Assembly: GCA_937958695.1 (NCBI GenBank)
Contig: CALGNK010000002.1
Coordinates: 585 to 64,584, forward strand
Reading direction: 5' to 3'
From: an uncultured bacterium
GTDB taxonomy: Bacteria; DUMJ01
DNA: 64,000 bases
Numbering within the stretch: position 1 is the first letter of the stretch; each line of letters opens with the position of its first letter. Shown here in pieces: positions 9,688-19,100 of this stretch. Made by a program: the position numbers and the translations under genes. Under the pieces are notes generated by a model. That model had not been told where the DNA came from and did not search any database. It was given only the letters and a program-made list of their open reading frames with translations.

Positions 9688-11457
9688 CTATAAAGCTTTG
9701 AACAGTTCATTTATAGGAAATGGTATTTTGTTTTTATGTCTTAGAAGAAATTCTCTGTTGTTTATATCTCTATACTGTACTAATGCCCTCTGAAGTCTTC
9801 GCTCTTCGTAGGTCTTTGCTACATAGATCTTCTCCTTTCTTAACGTATGATATTCGGTGTAAAAGGCACAGGAAGCTGGCGTAAGCGGAAGTGGTGTATA
9901 GTCTTGTATCTGCTCTAAGTAATGTCCTAACCCTTTTACATACATAGCAAGGTCCCATGCATCCTTTAAAGTGGCTCCTGGATGAGAAGATATAAAGTAT
10001 GGAATAATATATATTTCTTTTCCTAGCTTTCTTATAACTCTTTTAAAAATAGAGGTGAATCTTTCATAGATTTCAAATCTAGGTTTTTTCATAATTTCAA
10101 GGATATGTTCTTTGATATGTTCGGGGGCAACAGATAGATGACCTCCTATATAACCCTCTCTAACTATCTCCTTTATATATTCCTCATCTTTTATTGCTAG
10201 GTCATATCTTATCCCAGAGGCGATAAATATATGTTTTACTCCAGGAATCTCTCTAATCATTTTTAGAAGTTTTAGTTGATATGAGTAGTCTATCTCCAAA
10301 TTTTCACAGATCTCAGGGAATAAACATTCTTTATCCAAGCAGGACCCAGGAACTCCATAAATCTTACATCTCAATTTATACATATTGGCAGTTGGCCCAC
10401 CTACATCACTAATAGTGCCTCTAAAGTCTTTTAGTTTGGTTATGTTATACACTTCTTTTAGTATAGATTCTTCACTCCTAGAAATTACCTGCCAACCTTG
10501 GTGAAGATTTAGAGAGCAGAATGTACAGCTACCAAAACATCCCCTATGAGAAGTGATAGAAGTCATTACCGTTTTTAATGCGGGAATCTCTTCTTTATAA
10601 AAGGGGTGTGATGCCCTTTGAAATGGCAATAAATATATAGAATCTAAGTCTTGAGAGGTATAAATAGGTGGTGGATTTTGAACTATATATCTTCTCCCAT
10701 CCCTTTGAACCAGGATTTTTCTCTTTTTTATCCCCTCTAGAAGTAACATCTGAAAATCGAAATATCTATCCTTGTCTTGGGATACCTCATCAAACGATGG
10801 GAGCATTGTATAATATTTATCTCTGAAGAGTTCATTGAATTCTTTTTCGTTTACTACATAGACGATACCTGGAATTTGATATATCTCATACCAGGGCTTT
10901 CCTAAGGCAAGCTTCTTAGCGATCTCTACTATCTGTTTCTCACCCATACCATAGACGATTATCTTTGCCCTGGAATCTAATATGATAGAGTGTCTAACCT
11001 TATCATCCCAAAAATCGTAATGAGAGAATCTTCTTAGACTTGACTCAAGCCCTCCCAGTATGATTGGAACCTCTGGATAAATTTCGTGAACAATATTGGA
11101 ATAGACTATCGTGGCTCTGTCTGGTCTTTTACCAGGTAATCCCCCCGGAGTATAGGCATCTTCTTTCCTTCTTCTCTTATTAGGAGTGTAATTTGCAACT
11201 AATGAATCGATACTTCCTGCGGTGATGCCAAAGAAGAGTCTAGGTCTTCCTAAAGCCTTAAAAGATTCTTTATCTTTCCAATTGGGCTGTGGGATAATTC
11301 CCACTCTAAATCCATAGCTTTCTAAAACCCTTCCAATTACTGCAGAGCCAAAGGACGGATGATCAACATAGGCATCACCTGTAATTATAACTATATCTAG
11401 CTCATCCCAACCCTTACTCTTAGCCTCCTCTAGAGTGATGGGTAAGAATTTAACCAT
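9688..11457 (-). CDS. ygiQ: YgiQ family radical SAM protein (UPF0313)
   Basis: The characteristic N-terminus (...WDELDIVIITGDAYVDHPSFG...), a CxxxCxxC cluster (CFGSCTFC) and 589 aa. Confidence 0.85.
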   Translation of the reverse strand: MVKFLPITLEEAKSKGWDELDIVIITGDAYVDHPSFGSAVIGRVLESYGFRVGIIPQPNWKDKESFKALGRPRLFFGITAGSIDSLVANYTPNKRRRKEDAYTPGGLPGKRPDRATIVYSNIVHEIYPEVPIILGGLESSLRRFSHYDFWDDKVRHSIILDSRAKIIVYGMGEKQIVEIAKKLALGKPWYEIYQIPGIVYVVNEKEFNELFRDKYYTMLPSFDEVSQDKDRYFDFQMLLLEGIKKRKILVQRDGRRYIVQNPPPIYTSQDLDSIYLLPFQRASHPFYKEEIPALKTVMTSITSHRGCFGSCTFCSLNLHQGWQVISRSEESILKEVYNITKLKDFRGTISDVGGPTANMYKLRCKIYGVPGSCLDKECLFPEICENLEIDYSYQLKLLKMIREIPGVKHIFIASGIRYDLAIKDEEYIKEIVREGYIGGHLSVAPEHIKEHILEIMKKPRFEIYERFTSIFKRVIRKLGKEIYIIPYFISSHPGATLKDAWDLAMYVKGLGHYLEQIQDYTPLPLTPASCAFYTEYHTLRKEKIYVAKTYEERRLQRALVQYRDINNREFLLRHKNKIPFPINELFKAL

Positions 11458-11714
11458 AGTGTCTATAGATACTCCTCTATTTAAAATTATTAACTTTCAT
11501 CTTTCCCCCTTATTTTAACACTAACGCTAGGAAACAATCTAATTTCTGGTAGATTATTTTGAGGAAGATCTGATCGATTGCAGCCTTAAGTTTTGTTTTT
11601 TGAATTATTGTGATAATATTATACTTATTAGTAGATAGGAATGCCTTTATGAACCCTCTTAAGTATAAAGAAGACTTGCATATATACAATGATATAAAAA
11701 AAGAGGTGCGCAGT

Positions 11715-12620
11715 ATGCGAATAATTACTGCGCTTTTCTTTGCAGTGCCTTATATTTTGCTAGCAAAGGATAATAGATATTTCTATTTAACCCTTCTTTT
11801 TGGATTTATCTTTTTATTGGTTCAGGTATTAAAGGTTAAATCTCCGTGGATACCAGTAGTATTAACCTTATTGCTTAATGTTTCTATAGTAGCTACTACA
11901 GGTATTCAGAGAAGCCCATTTATGTTTTTATTTCTTCTTCCTGTTATAACCCATGGAATAGAAAGAGAGCTTAATTGGGCTTTAAGAGTAGCTTTTATAA
12001 ATGTGGTATTTCTGGTTATCTTTGAGATATACTCTGCTATTACTGGAGATTTCTTTGGTGTAGGATACATAAGTAGTGTCATAGTTCTTATGTATTATTT
12101 ATCAAAAATTATAGTGGAGGCTCAAGGATCTATACTTTCCTACGCTACAGATATGAAAGAGAAAGCTTATCTAGATCCTCTTACAGGTCTTTATAATAGG
12201 AGAGCTCTTGAGGAATATATCAATAGTATGATTCTTAATAAAGTTCCTTTTACTTTAGTAATGTGTGATCTGGATGAATTTAAAAGATATAACGATACCT
12301 ATGGACATCAAGCAGGAGATATGATGCTTAAGAAGTTCGCAGATATTTTGAAGACTTCTATTAGGTCTTCAGATTTAAGTTTTAGATACGGAGGAGATGA
12401 ATTTGTTATACTTCTACTAGGAGAACTGGAGAATTTAACTCCTTTATATGACAGGATAAAGAATAAACTAAAGGAACAGTCAAACGATATAGGCGTATCT
12501 TTTGGGGTAGCTATCTTTCCAAAAGATGGAAAATCTCTAGATAGAATAATTTCTATTGCTGATAACTCTTTGTATGAAAAGAAGAAGAGTTTGAACAATA
12601 GAAACATCAGTTCCTTTTAA
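11715..12620 (+). CDS. Membrane-anchored diguanylate cyclase (multi-TM N-domain + GGDEF with intact RxxD I-site)
   Basis: RSSDLSFRYGGDEF read directly. The AAGAGGTG RBS favours the ATG at 11715 over the track start at 11610. Confidence 0.75.
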   Translation: MRIITALFFAVPYILLAKDNRYFYLTLLFGFIFLLVQVLKVKSPWIPVVLTLLLNVSIVATTGIQRSPFMFLFLLPVITHGIERELNWALRVAFINVVFLVIFEIYSAITGDFFGVGYISSVIVLMYYLSKIIVEAQGSILSYATDMKEKAYLDPLTGLYNRRALEEYINSMILNKVPFTLVMCDLDEFKRYNDTYGHQAGDMMLKKFADILKTSIRSSDLSFRYGGDEFVILLLGELENLTPLYDRIKNKLKEQSNDIGVSFGVAIFPKDGKSLDRIISIADNSLYEKKKSLNNRNISSF

Positions 12621-12629
12621 AGAAAACTA

Positions 12630-12658
12630 TTGCATCTCTTGACCTTACCTTGTATAAT
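12630..12658 (+). promoter_or_regulatory. Sigma-70-like promoter of the arg array: TTGCAT (12630-12635), 17-nt spacer, TATAAT (12653-12658)
   Basis: Read directly, 30 nt upstream of the argG RBS. Confidence 0.45.
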
Positions 12659-12687
12659 TAATCAGAATATAAACTTGGAGGGAAAAG

Positions 12688-13887
12688 ATGGCAAAGAGAG
12701 TAGTTTTAGCCTATTCAGGAGGTCTTGATACTTCTGTTGCCATAAGGTGGATTCAAGAAAGATATAATGCAGAAGTTATTACTCTTACCCTAGATATGGG
12801 TCAGCCAATAGACCTTGAGGCTGTAAGAAAGAAAGCTCTAGATATTGGTGCAAAAGATGCGGTAGTTGTTGATGCTAAAGAGGTATTTGTAAACCACTAT
12901 GTAAAAAGGGTAATAAAGGCAAATGCGCTCTATGAGGGTAAATACCCCCTTTCTACTTCAATAACTAGACCGTTAATAGCAAGAGAACTGGTAAAGACAG
13001 CTAGGATGTACGGAGCAGATGCGGTGGCACATGGTTGTACTGGTAAAGGGAATGACCAGGTAAGGATTGAGGTATCTGTAAGGGCTTTAGACCCAAATTT
13101 AGAGATCATAGCTCCTATAAGAGAGTGGGGATTTTCAAGAGAGGAAGAGATAGATTACGCTGAGAAACATGGCATTCCTGTTCCCGTTACTAAAAAGTCT
13201 CCTTACAGTATAGATGAAAACCTTTGGGGTAGGAGCATAGAATCTGGTATCTTAGAAGATTTGAAGGTAGAACCACCGGAGGATCCATTTGTTTGGACTA
13301 GATCTCCTATGTCTGCTCCGGATGAGCCTGAATATGTAGAGATAGGATTTGAAAGAGGCATACCTGTCTCTTTAAATGGGAAAGATCTTCCTCTAATAGA
13401 GATTATTACCGCCCTTAATTCTCTAGCTGGCCTTCATGGAGTTGGGAGAATAGATATGATAGAGGACCGTCTTGTTGGTATAAAGTCTAGGGAGGTTTAC
13501 GAAGTTCCTGCTGCTACAGTTATAATATATGCCCATAGGGAATTGGAACATCTAGTAATGGAACGTAATCTCTTATTCTTAAAGAATAGTCTAGAGAATG
13601 AATATGCAAAGCTTATATATGATGGTTTATGGTTCTCTCATATGAGAGAAGCTCTTGAAGCCTTCTTTGACGTGACACAAGAAGTGGTAAATGGGACTAT
13701 TAGGCTAAAGCTTTATAAGGGAAATATTATTGTATCTCAGAGAAGTTCTCCATTCTCTCTATACGAAAGATCTTTGGCTACTTATGAAAAGGGTGATATC
13801 TTTGACCAGAAAAAGGCAGAAGGTTTCATATATATATGGGGATTGCCTCTAAGCTCTTCAGCTAGAAAGCGAGGAAAGAAGCCTTGA
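12688..13887 (+). CDS. argG: Argininosuccinate synthase
   Basis: AYSGGLDTS PP-loop motif; 399 aa. Confidence 0.92.
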   Translation: MAKRVVLAYSGGLDTSVAIRWIQERYNAEVITLTLDMGQPIDLEAVRKKALDIGAKDAVVVDAKEVFVNHYVKRVIKANALYEGKYPLSTSITRPLIARELVKTARMYGADAVAHGCTGKGNDQVRIEVSVRALDPNLEIIAPIREWGFSREEEIDYAEKHGIPVPVTKKSPYSIDENLWGRSIESGILEDLKVEPPEDPFVWTRSPMSAPDEPEYVEIGFERGIPVSLNGKDLPLIEIITALNSLAGLHGVGRIDMIEDRLVGIKSREVYEVPAATVIIYAHRELEHLVMERNLLFLKNSLENEYAKLIYDGLWFSHMREALEAFFDVTQEVVNGTIRLKLYKGNIIVSQRSSPFSLYERSLATYEKGDIFDQKKAEGFIYIWGLPLSSSARKRGKKP

Positions 13888-14924
13888 TAAATGTAGCTAT
13901 ATGGGGAGCAACTGGTTATACAGGGATAGAGTTGTTTAGAGTCCTTTTAAACCATCCAGAGGTAAAGATAAAGTATATATTTAGTCATACATACTCAGGA
14001 GAAAGTTTCAGCACTATATATCCCCATCTAGAAAGATTTGAGCCTATAGCTCTTACTAACGAAGAAGAGTATGAAAGGATTAAGGATAAAGATTTTGATG
14101 TAGCCTTCTTAGCTCTTCCTGCTGGTATTAGTGCTGAGAGAACCAACCTTTTAATTCACTCTGGGAAGCGAGTAATAGACATTGGTTCTGACTTTAGATT
14201 AAAGAATATATCAGATTATAAAAAGTGGTATGACTTTGAACATCGGTATCCAGAGCTTGTCAGTGAAGCAGTTTATGGAATCCCTGAGTTGAATAGAGAA
14301 AAGATAAGGAATGCTAAGATAGTTGCTAATCCCGGATGTTATCCAACAAGTTTTCTGTTAGGTATAGCTCCTATATTAAAGAACAAACTTCTTGAAGGGG
14401 ATTGGCTATATGTGGATTCAAAATCAGGCACTTCTGGAGCTGGAAGAAAAGGTACTATAGATATGAGCTTCTCAGAGATATTTGAGAATGTCAAACCTTA
14501 TAATGTAGGTAAGCATAGACATATACCAGAGATGGAGCAAGAGGCAAGCTTAATGGCTGGAAGAAATATTAAGGTTGCCTTTACACCACAGCTGATACCT
14601 ATCTCTAGGGGAATACTGACTACAATATACGCACCTCTTAATGAAAGGATGAGTATAGAGAATCTCTACGAGACTTATAAAAACTTTTATAGAGATTCTT
14701 ATTTTGTCCGTATAATGCCTATGGGACAGTTTCCCTCTACGAAAGGTGTGAGGGGTTCCAATTTCTGTGATATTGGTATCTCTGTTCAAGAGGGTGTTGC
14801 TATAATAACTTCTGCTATAGATAACCTTGTAAAGGGAGCTAGTGGACAGGCAGTTCAGAATATGAACATTATGTTTGGTTTAGAAGAAAATCTTGGACTT
14901 GATATAGCGCCTTTGTACCCATGA
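13884..14924 (+). CDS. argC: N-acetyl-gamma-glutamyl-phosphate reductase
   Basis: GATGYTG N-terminus with the active-site Cys in NPGCYPT; 4-nt overlap with argG. Confidence 0.9.
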   Translation: MINVAIWGATGYTGIELFRVLLNHPEVKIKYIFSHTYSGESFSTIYPHLERFEPIALTNEEEYERIKDKDFDVAFLALPAGISAERTNLLIHSGKRVIDIGSDFRLKNISDYKKWYDFEHRYPELVSEAVYGIPELNREKIRNAKIVANPGCYPTSFLLGIAPILKNKLLEGDWLYVDSKSGTSGAGRKGTIDMSFSEIFENVKPYNVGKHRHIPEMEQEASLMAGRNIKVAFTPQLIPISRGILTTIYAPLNERMSIENLYETYKNFYRDSYFVRIMPMGQFPSTKGVRGSNFCDIGISVQEGVAIITSAIDNLVKGASGQAVQNMNIMFGLEENLGLDIAPLYP

Positions 14925-16108
14925 GTATAACATTCCCTAAAGGATTTTTCGCTAATGGAATACATTGTGGGATAAAGAAGGAGGGGTTAGATTTAGGTCT
15001 ACTTATAAGTACCTGTGTAGCCAAAGCTAGTGGAATGTTCACTACAAATCAGGTAAAGTCTCCATCAGTAGTGATAACTTCTGAAAGACTAAAGTTAGGC
15101 ATATTAAGGGGCATTATAGCAAATAGTGGATGTGCTAATGCATGTACAGGGAACCAAGGATTTTTAGATGCAGAGGCTATATTAGACGAGCTTGGAAGTC
15201 TTCTAAAGGAAGACTCTAAACTACTAGGTATAGCTTCTACTGGAGTTATAGGTAAAAGGCTTCCTGTGGATAAGATATTAGAAGGCTTACCTCTTCTTAT
15301 AGATGGCTTAAGTAAAGAGGCTGGAACGCTCTTTGAACGGGCAATAATGACAACTGATAGGGTAGTAAAGGAGGTGCAAACCTCCTTTTTTTATAATGGA
15401 GTAACTGTAAGGATAGGCGCCTGCGCTAAGGGCTCAGGTATGATACATCCAAACCTGGCAACTCTACTATGCTTTATTACAACAGATATGGAGATAGATA
15501 AAGAACTACTCAAAATAGCCCTAAAGTCTGCAGTTGATGTTTCTCTAAATGCAATTACCATAGATAAAGATATGAGTACAAATGATAGTGTTATCGCCCT
15601 TGCAAATGGTAAGGCTGATAATATAGAGATAAAGGAGACAAGTGAAAAAGGATTTGTTCTATTCAGAGATGCTCTAAAAGAGATAATGATTGAGCTTGCT
15701 AAGAAGATAGCAAAGGACGGAGAAGGGGCTGAAAAGCTTATAGAGGTGGAGGTTATAGGAGCAGAAACTGAAGAACAGGCAATAAGAATGGCCAGAGCTG
15801 TAGTAGGAAGTAATCTTTTTAAATCAGCTATTTGGGGAAAAGAGATAAATTGGGGAAGAATAATGAGTTCACTAGGAGCTAATCCAGATCCGTTTGACCC
15901 TCAAAAGGTAAGTATATTCTTTGGGGATGTTAAGTTGGTAGAGAATGGTGTTGGTATTGACTTTGATGAGCATAGAGTAATTAAGATATTAGAAGGTAAG
16001 GAGGTGCCGATAAAGATAATCGTTGGAGAAGGGAAAGCCCGAGGAAGAGCTTGGGGATGTGACCTTACTCCAGATTATGTGTTCATAAACGGAAGTTATC
16101 TCTCATGA
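14921..16108 (+). CDS. argJ: Bifunctional ornithine acetyltransferase / N-acetylglutamate synthase
   Basis: ArgJ family with ATLL autoprocessing site context; 395 aa. Confidence 0.88.
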   Translation: MSITFPKGFFANGIHCGIKKEGLDLGLLISTCVAKASGMFTTNQVKSPSVVITSERLKLGILRGIIANSGCANACTGNQGFLDAEAILDELGSLLKEDSKLLGIASTGVIGKRLPVDKILEGLPLLIDGLSKEAGTLFERAIMTTDRVVKEVQTSFFYNGVTVRIGACAKGSGMIHPNLATLLCFITTDMEIDKELLKIALKSAVDVSLNAITIDKDMSTNDSVIALANGKADNIEIKETSEKGFVLFRDALKEIMIELAKKIAKDGEGAEKLIEVEVIGAETEEQAIRMARAVVGSNLFKSAIWGKEINWGRIMSSLGANPDPFDPQKVSIFFGDVKLVENGVGIDFDEHRVIKILEGKEVPIKIIVGEGKARGRAWGCDLTPDYVFINGSYLS

Positions 16109-16848
16109 GTCTGGTAGTTAAGTTAGGCGGAAGTATTGCGGAAAATCCATCAGCTTTAGAAAAGGTAGTAAGAGGTATAAGAGATATTGCAAACGGTAAT
16201 CCGTTTGTTCTTATCCATGGAGGGGGAAAACAGATAACAAGTCTTTTATCTGAACTAGGGATAGAAACTTATTTTGTTGAAGGGGAGAGATATACCGATA
16301 GAAGAACTATGGAAGTTGTAGAAATGGTACTAAGTGGACTAATAAATAAGCAGATTACAAGTGTCTTATGTCATATGGGTATAAAATCTATAGGGATAAG
16401 TGGAAGAGACTTGAGTCTTATAACTACAAGAAGAAAGATAGAACTTGGTTATGTGGGAGAGATAAAGTCTGTAAATGCGGAGCCTATAAAAAAACTCTTA
16501 GGGCTTGGCTTTACATTAGTCCTTTCACCTGTTTCTGAAACAGAGGATGGTCTCCCATGCAATGTAAATGCAGACTTTGTTGCCATAGAGGTAGGAAAAG
16601 CCCTTAAGGCAGATAAACTTTTTCTCTTTACTGATGTTGTAGGCATCTTAGACGGAAATAAGAATCTTATACCAAAGCTTGATATAGATTTGGCAAAGTC
16701 CCTTATAGAAAAGGGGATAATAAAAGAGGGTATGATACCCAAAGTAAAATCAGCTATATCTGCCATAGATGCAGGTGTAAGAGAGGTCTGGATAGGTAAT
16801 AATCTTGCCCAAGGGACTATTATAAGAGGGAAAAGAGATGGACATTAA
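16105..16848 (+). CDS. argB: Acetylglutamate kinase
   Basis: VVKLGGS, the N-terminus of the amino-acid kinase family; 247 aa. Confidence 0.88.
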   Translation: MSLVVKLGGSIAENPSALEKVVRGIRDIANGNPFVLIHGGGKQITSLLSELGIETYFVEGERYTDRRTMEVVEMVLSGLINKQITSVLCHMGIKSIGISGRDLSLITTRRKIELGYVGEIKSVNAEPIKKLLGLGFTLVLSPVSETEDGLPCNVNADFVAIEVGKALKADKLFLFTDVVGILDGNKNLIPKLDIDLAKSLIEKGIIKEGMIPKVKSAISAIDAGVREVWIGNNLAQGTIIRGKRDGH

Positions 16849-18007
16849 AGAAGAAAAGTTATATTTGGCACCACTTTATAATAGATTTCCTCTAAACGTT
16901 GTAAGGGGTGAGGGGGTCTATGTTTTTGATGAAAAAGGTAATAGATATCTAGATTTTGCTAGTGGTATTGCGGTAAATTCACTGGGCTATGCCCATCCTA
17001 AGATTATAGAAACAATTACTTTGCAGGCAAAAAATCTTCTCCATATATCTAACTTATACTATACAGAACCGCAGATAGAGTTAGCTAAAAATTTAGTGAG
17101 ATTATCAGGGTTAGATAAGGTCTTTTTCTGTAATAGCGGGACAGAGGCGGTGGAGGCTAGTCTTAAGTTTGCAAGAAGATGGGGAAAGGAGAAGGGAAAG
17201 TATAAGTTTATATCTACCCTAAACTCTTTTCATGGAAGAACTATGGGAAGTCTTTCAGTAACTGGGCAAAGGAAATATCAAGAGCCATTTGAACCGCTTG
17301 TCGATGGCGTTACCTTTATTGAGTTCAATGATAGTAAAACATTAGAGGAAGAGCTTAAAAAAGGGGATTATTGTGCGGTTATTTTGGAGCCGATACAAGG
17401 TGAAGGGGGTATAAATCTAGCTAGGAGAGAATTTATAGAGACAGCTAGATACCTCTGTGATAAATATGACACACTACTTATATTCGACGAGGTTCAAACA
17501 GGTATTGGAAGAACAGGGAAAATTTTTGGTTTTCAGCATTTTGATATAACTCCGGACATATTAGCCCTTGCTAAAGGATTGGGGGGAGGTTTACCAATTG
17601 GTGCTACTGTAATAAATAATAAGGTAGCTGAGTCTCTCCATTATGGTGATCATGCCTCTACGTTTGGTGGAAACCCTCTAGTAACTAGTGTTGCTAATGT
17701 AGTATTAGAAGAGATAGAAAGACTTCTTCCTCATATAAATAGGGTTGGTAGATTTTTAAACGATCTATTGAAAGAGAAAATAACCCCTCTTGAAGATGTG
17801 TTAGATATAAGAGGAATTGGATTGATGTACGGAATTGATACAAAGAGTAATGCAAGGAGTATATGTGAGAGATGTATTGAAGAGAGCCTTCTTGTAATAA
17901 CTTGTGGGAAAAATACGGTAAGGATAGTTCCTCCTCTTATAATAAACGAACAAGAGATAGAAGAGGGGGTATATATATTAGAAAGAGTCATTAAAGGAGG
18001 GATCTAA
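16838..18007 (+). CDS. argD: Acetylornithine aminotransferase (class III PLP)
   Basis: Class-III aminotransferase with the DEVQTG PLP-lysine context; its position in the arg array. Confidence 0.85.
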   Translation: MDIKEEKLYLAPLYNRFPLNVVRGEGVYVFDEKGNRYLDFASGIAVNSLGYAHPKIIETITLQAKNLLHISNLYYTEPQIELAKNLVRLSGLDKVFFCNSGTEAVEASLKFARRWGKEKGKYKFISTLNSFHGRTMGSLSVTGQRKYQEPFEPLVDGVTFIEFNDSKTLEEELKKGDYCAVILEPIQGEGGINLARREFIETARYLCDKYDTLLIFDEVQTGIGRTGKIFGFQHFDITPDILALAKGLGGGLPIGATVINNKVAESLHYGDHASTFGGNPLVTSVANVVLEEIERLLPHINRVGRFLNDLLKEKITPLEDVLDIRGIGLMYGIDTKSNARSICERCIEESLLVITCGKNTVRIVPPLIINEQEIEEGVYILERVIKGGI

Positions 18008-18011
18008 TTAG

Positions 18012-19100
18012 TTGGGATTTCTTTTATTAGAAGATGGAACCTTATTAGAAGGGATATCTTTTGGGGCAGATGGAGAAGCTATAGGTGAAGTAGTATTCAA
18101 TACCGCTATGGTTGGATATCCTGAATCTATTACTGATCCATCATATAGTGGGCAGATATTAGTATTCACATATCCATTAATAGGGAATTATGGAATACAG
18201 TTTGATGATAGGGAGTCAGATATCCCTTTACTAAGAGGGGTTGTAGTGAGGGAATATTGTAAGACTCCTAGTCATTGGGGTATAGATTTTGATATCGATA
18301 GCTTTTTAAAAAAATTTGGTATAGTTGGGCTTTCGGGGATAGATACGAGGGCTCTTACTAGAAAGCTCAGAATATTTGGAACACTTAGGGGTATAATTTC
18401 GTCCACAGATTTTTCTAAAGATAGAAGAGAAGAGCTTATGGAAAAGATTCTTAATTGGCATATAGAGGATTTTGACTTTGTAAGATCTTCCTGTGTAAAA
18501 GAACCTGTCTATTTTGGAGACGGAAGCGATAGGATTGTCCTTATAGATTGTGGTGTAAAGCAAGGTATAGTTAGGTCACTATTATCTCTTGGTTTTGAAG
18601 TAGTTATGGTTCCTGCCTGGTATACAAAAGAAGAGGTTCTAGAACTCGACCCTGTTGGTGTCTTAATCTCTAATGGACCAGGGGACCCAAAAAGATTATC
18701 CTACGTGGTTGAAACTGTTAGAGGTCTTATAGAAGAGGAAGTTCCCGTCTTTGGTATATGCTTAGGACATCAGATTATAGGTTTAGCTCTTGGCAGTGAT
18801 ACTTATAAGTTGAAGTTTGGTCATAGGGGAGCAAATCAGCCGGTAAAGGATACTATTACTGGAAAGGTCTATATAACTTCACAGAACCACAGCTATGTTG
18901 TAGATCCAAAAGGATTACCAGATGATATAAATGTAAGGTTTATTAACCTTAACGATAAAACGGTGGAAGGATTAAAATCTACTAAAAGACCAATAATGAG
19001 CGTTCAATTTCATCCTGAGGCTTCACCAGGGCCATTAGATACAAAATTCCTATTCGAAGAATTTGCAAAGGGGTGTATAAGAAAGTCCTATGCCACTTAA
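18012..19100 (+). CDS. carA: Carbamoyl-phosphate synthase small (glutaminase) subunit
   Basis: TTG start. The GATase triad context GICLGHQ is present. Confidence 0.9.
   Translation: MGFLLLEDGTLLEGISFGADGEAIGEVVFNTAMVGYPESITDPSYSGQILVFTYPLIGNYGIQFDDRESDIPLLRGVVVREYCKTPSHWGIDFDIDSFLKKFGIVGLSGIDTRALTRKLRIFGTLRGIISSTDFSKDRREELMEKILNWHIEDFDFVRSSCVKEPVYFGDGSDRIVLIDCGVKQGIVRSLLSLGFEVVMVPAWYTKEEVLELDPVGVLISNGPGDPKRLSYVVETVRGLIEEEVPVFGICLGHQIIGLALGSDTYKLKFGHRGANQPVKDTITGKVYITSQNHSYVVDPKGLPDDINVRFINLNDKTVEGLKSTKRPIMSVQFHPEASPGPLDTKFLFEEFAKGCIRKSYAT

Noticed and set aside
12655-12680. Possible ARG box (ArgR/AhrC operator) near the argG -10
   Set aside because: Only loose resemblance to TNTGAATWWWWATTCANW. 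No convincing dyad was found by eye.
16449-16766. 105-aa antisense ORF in argB, plus similar short antisense ORFs at 12308..12607, 17731..17991, 18306..18563, 28099..28531 and 52356..52664
   Set aside because: All lie opposite conserved genes and have shadow-like composition. They are treated as non-coding.
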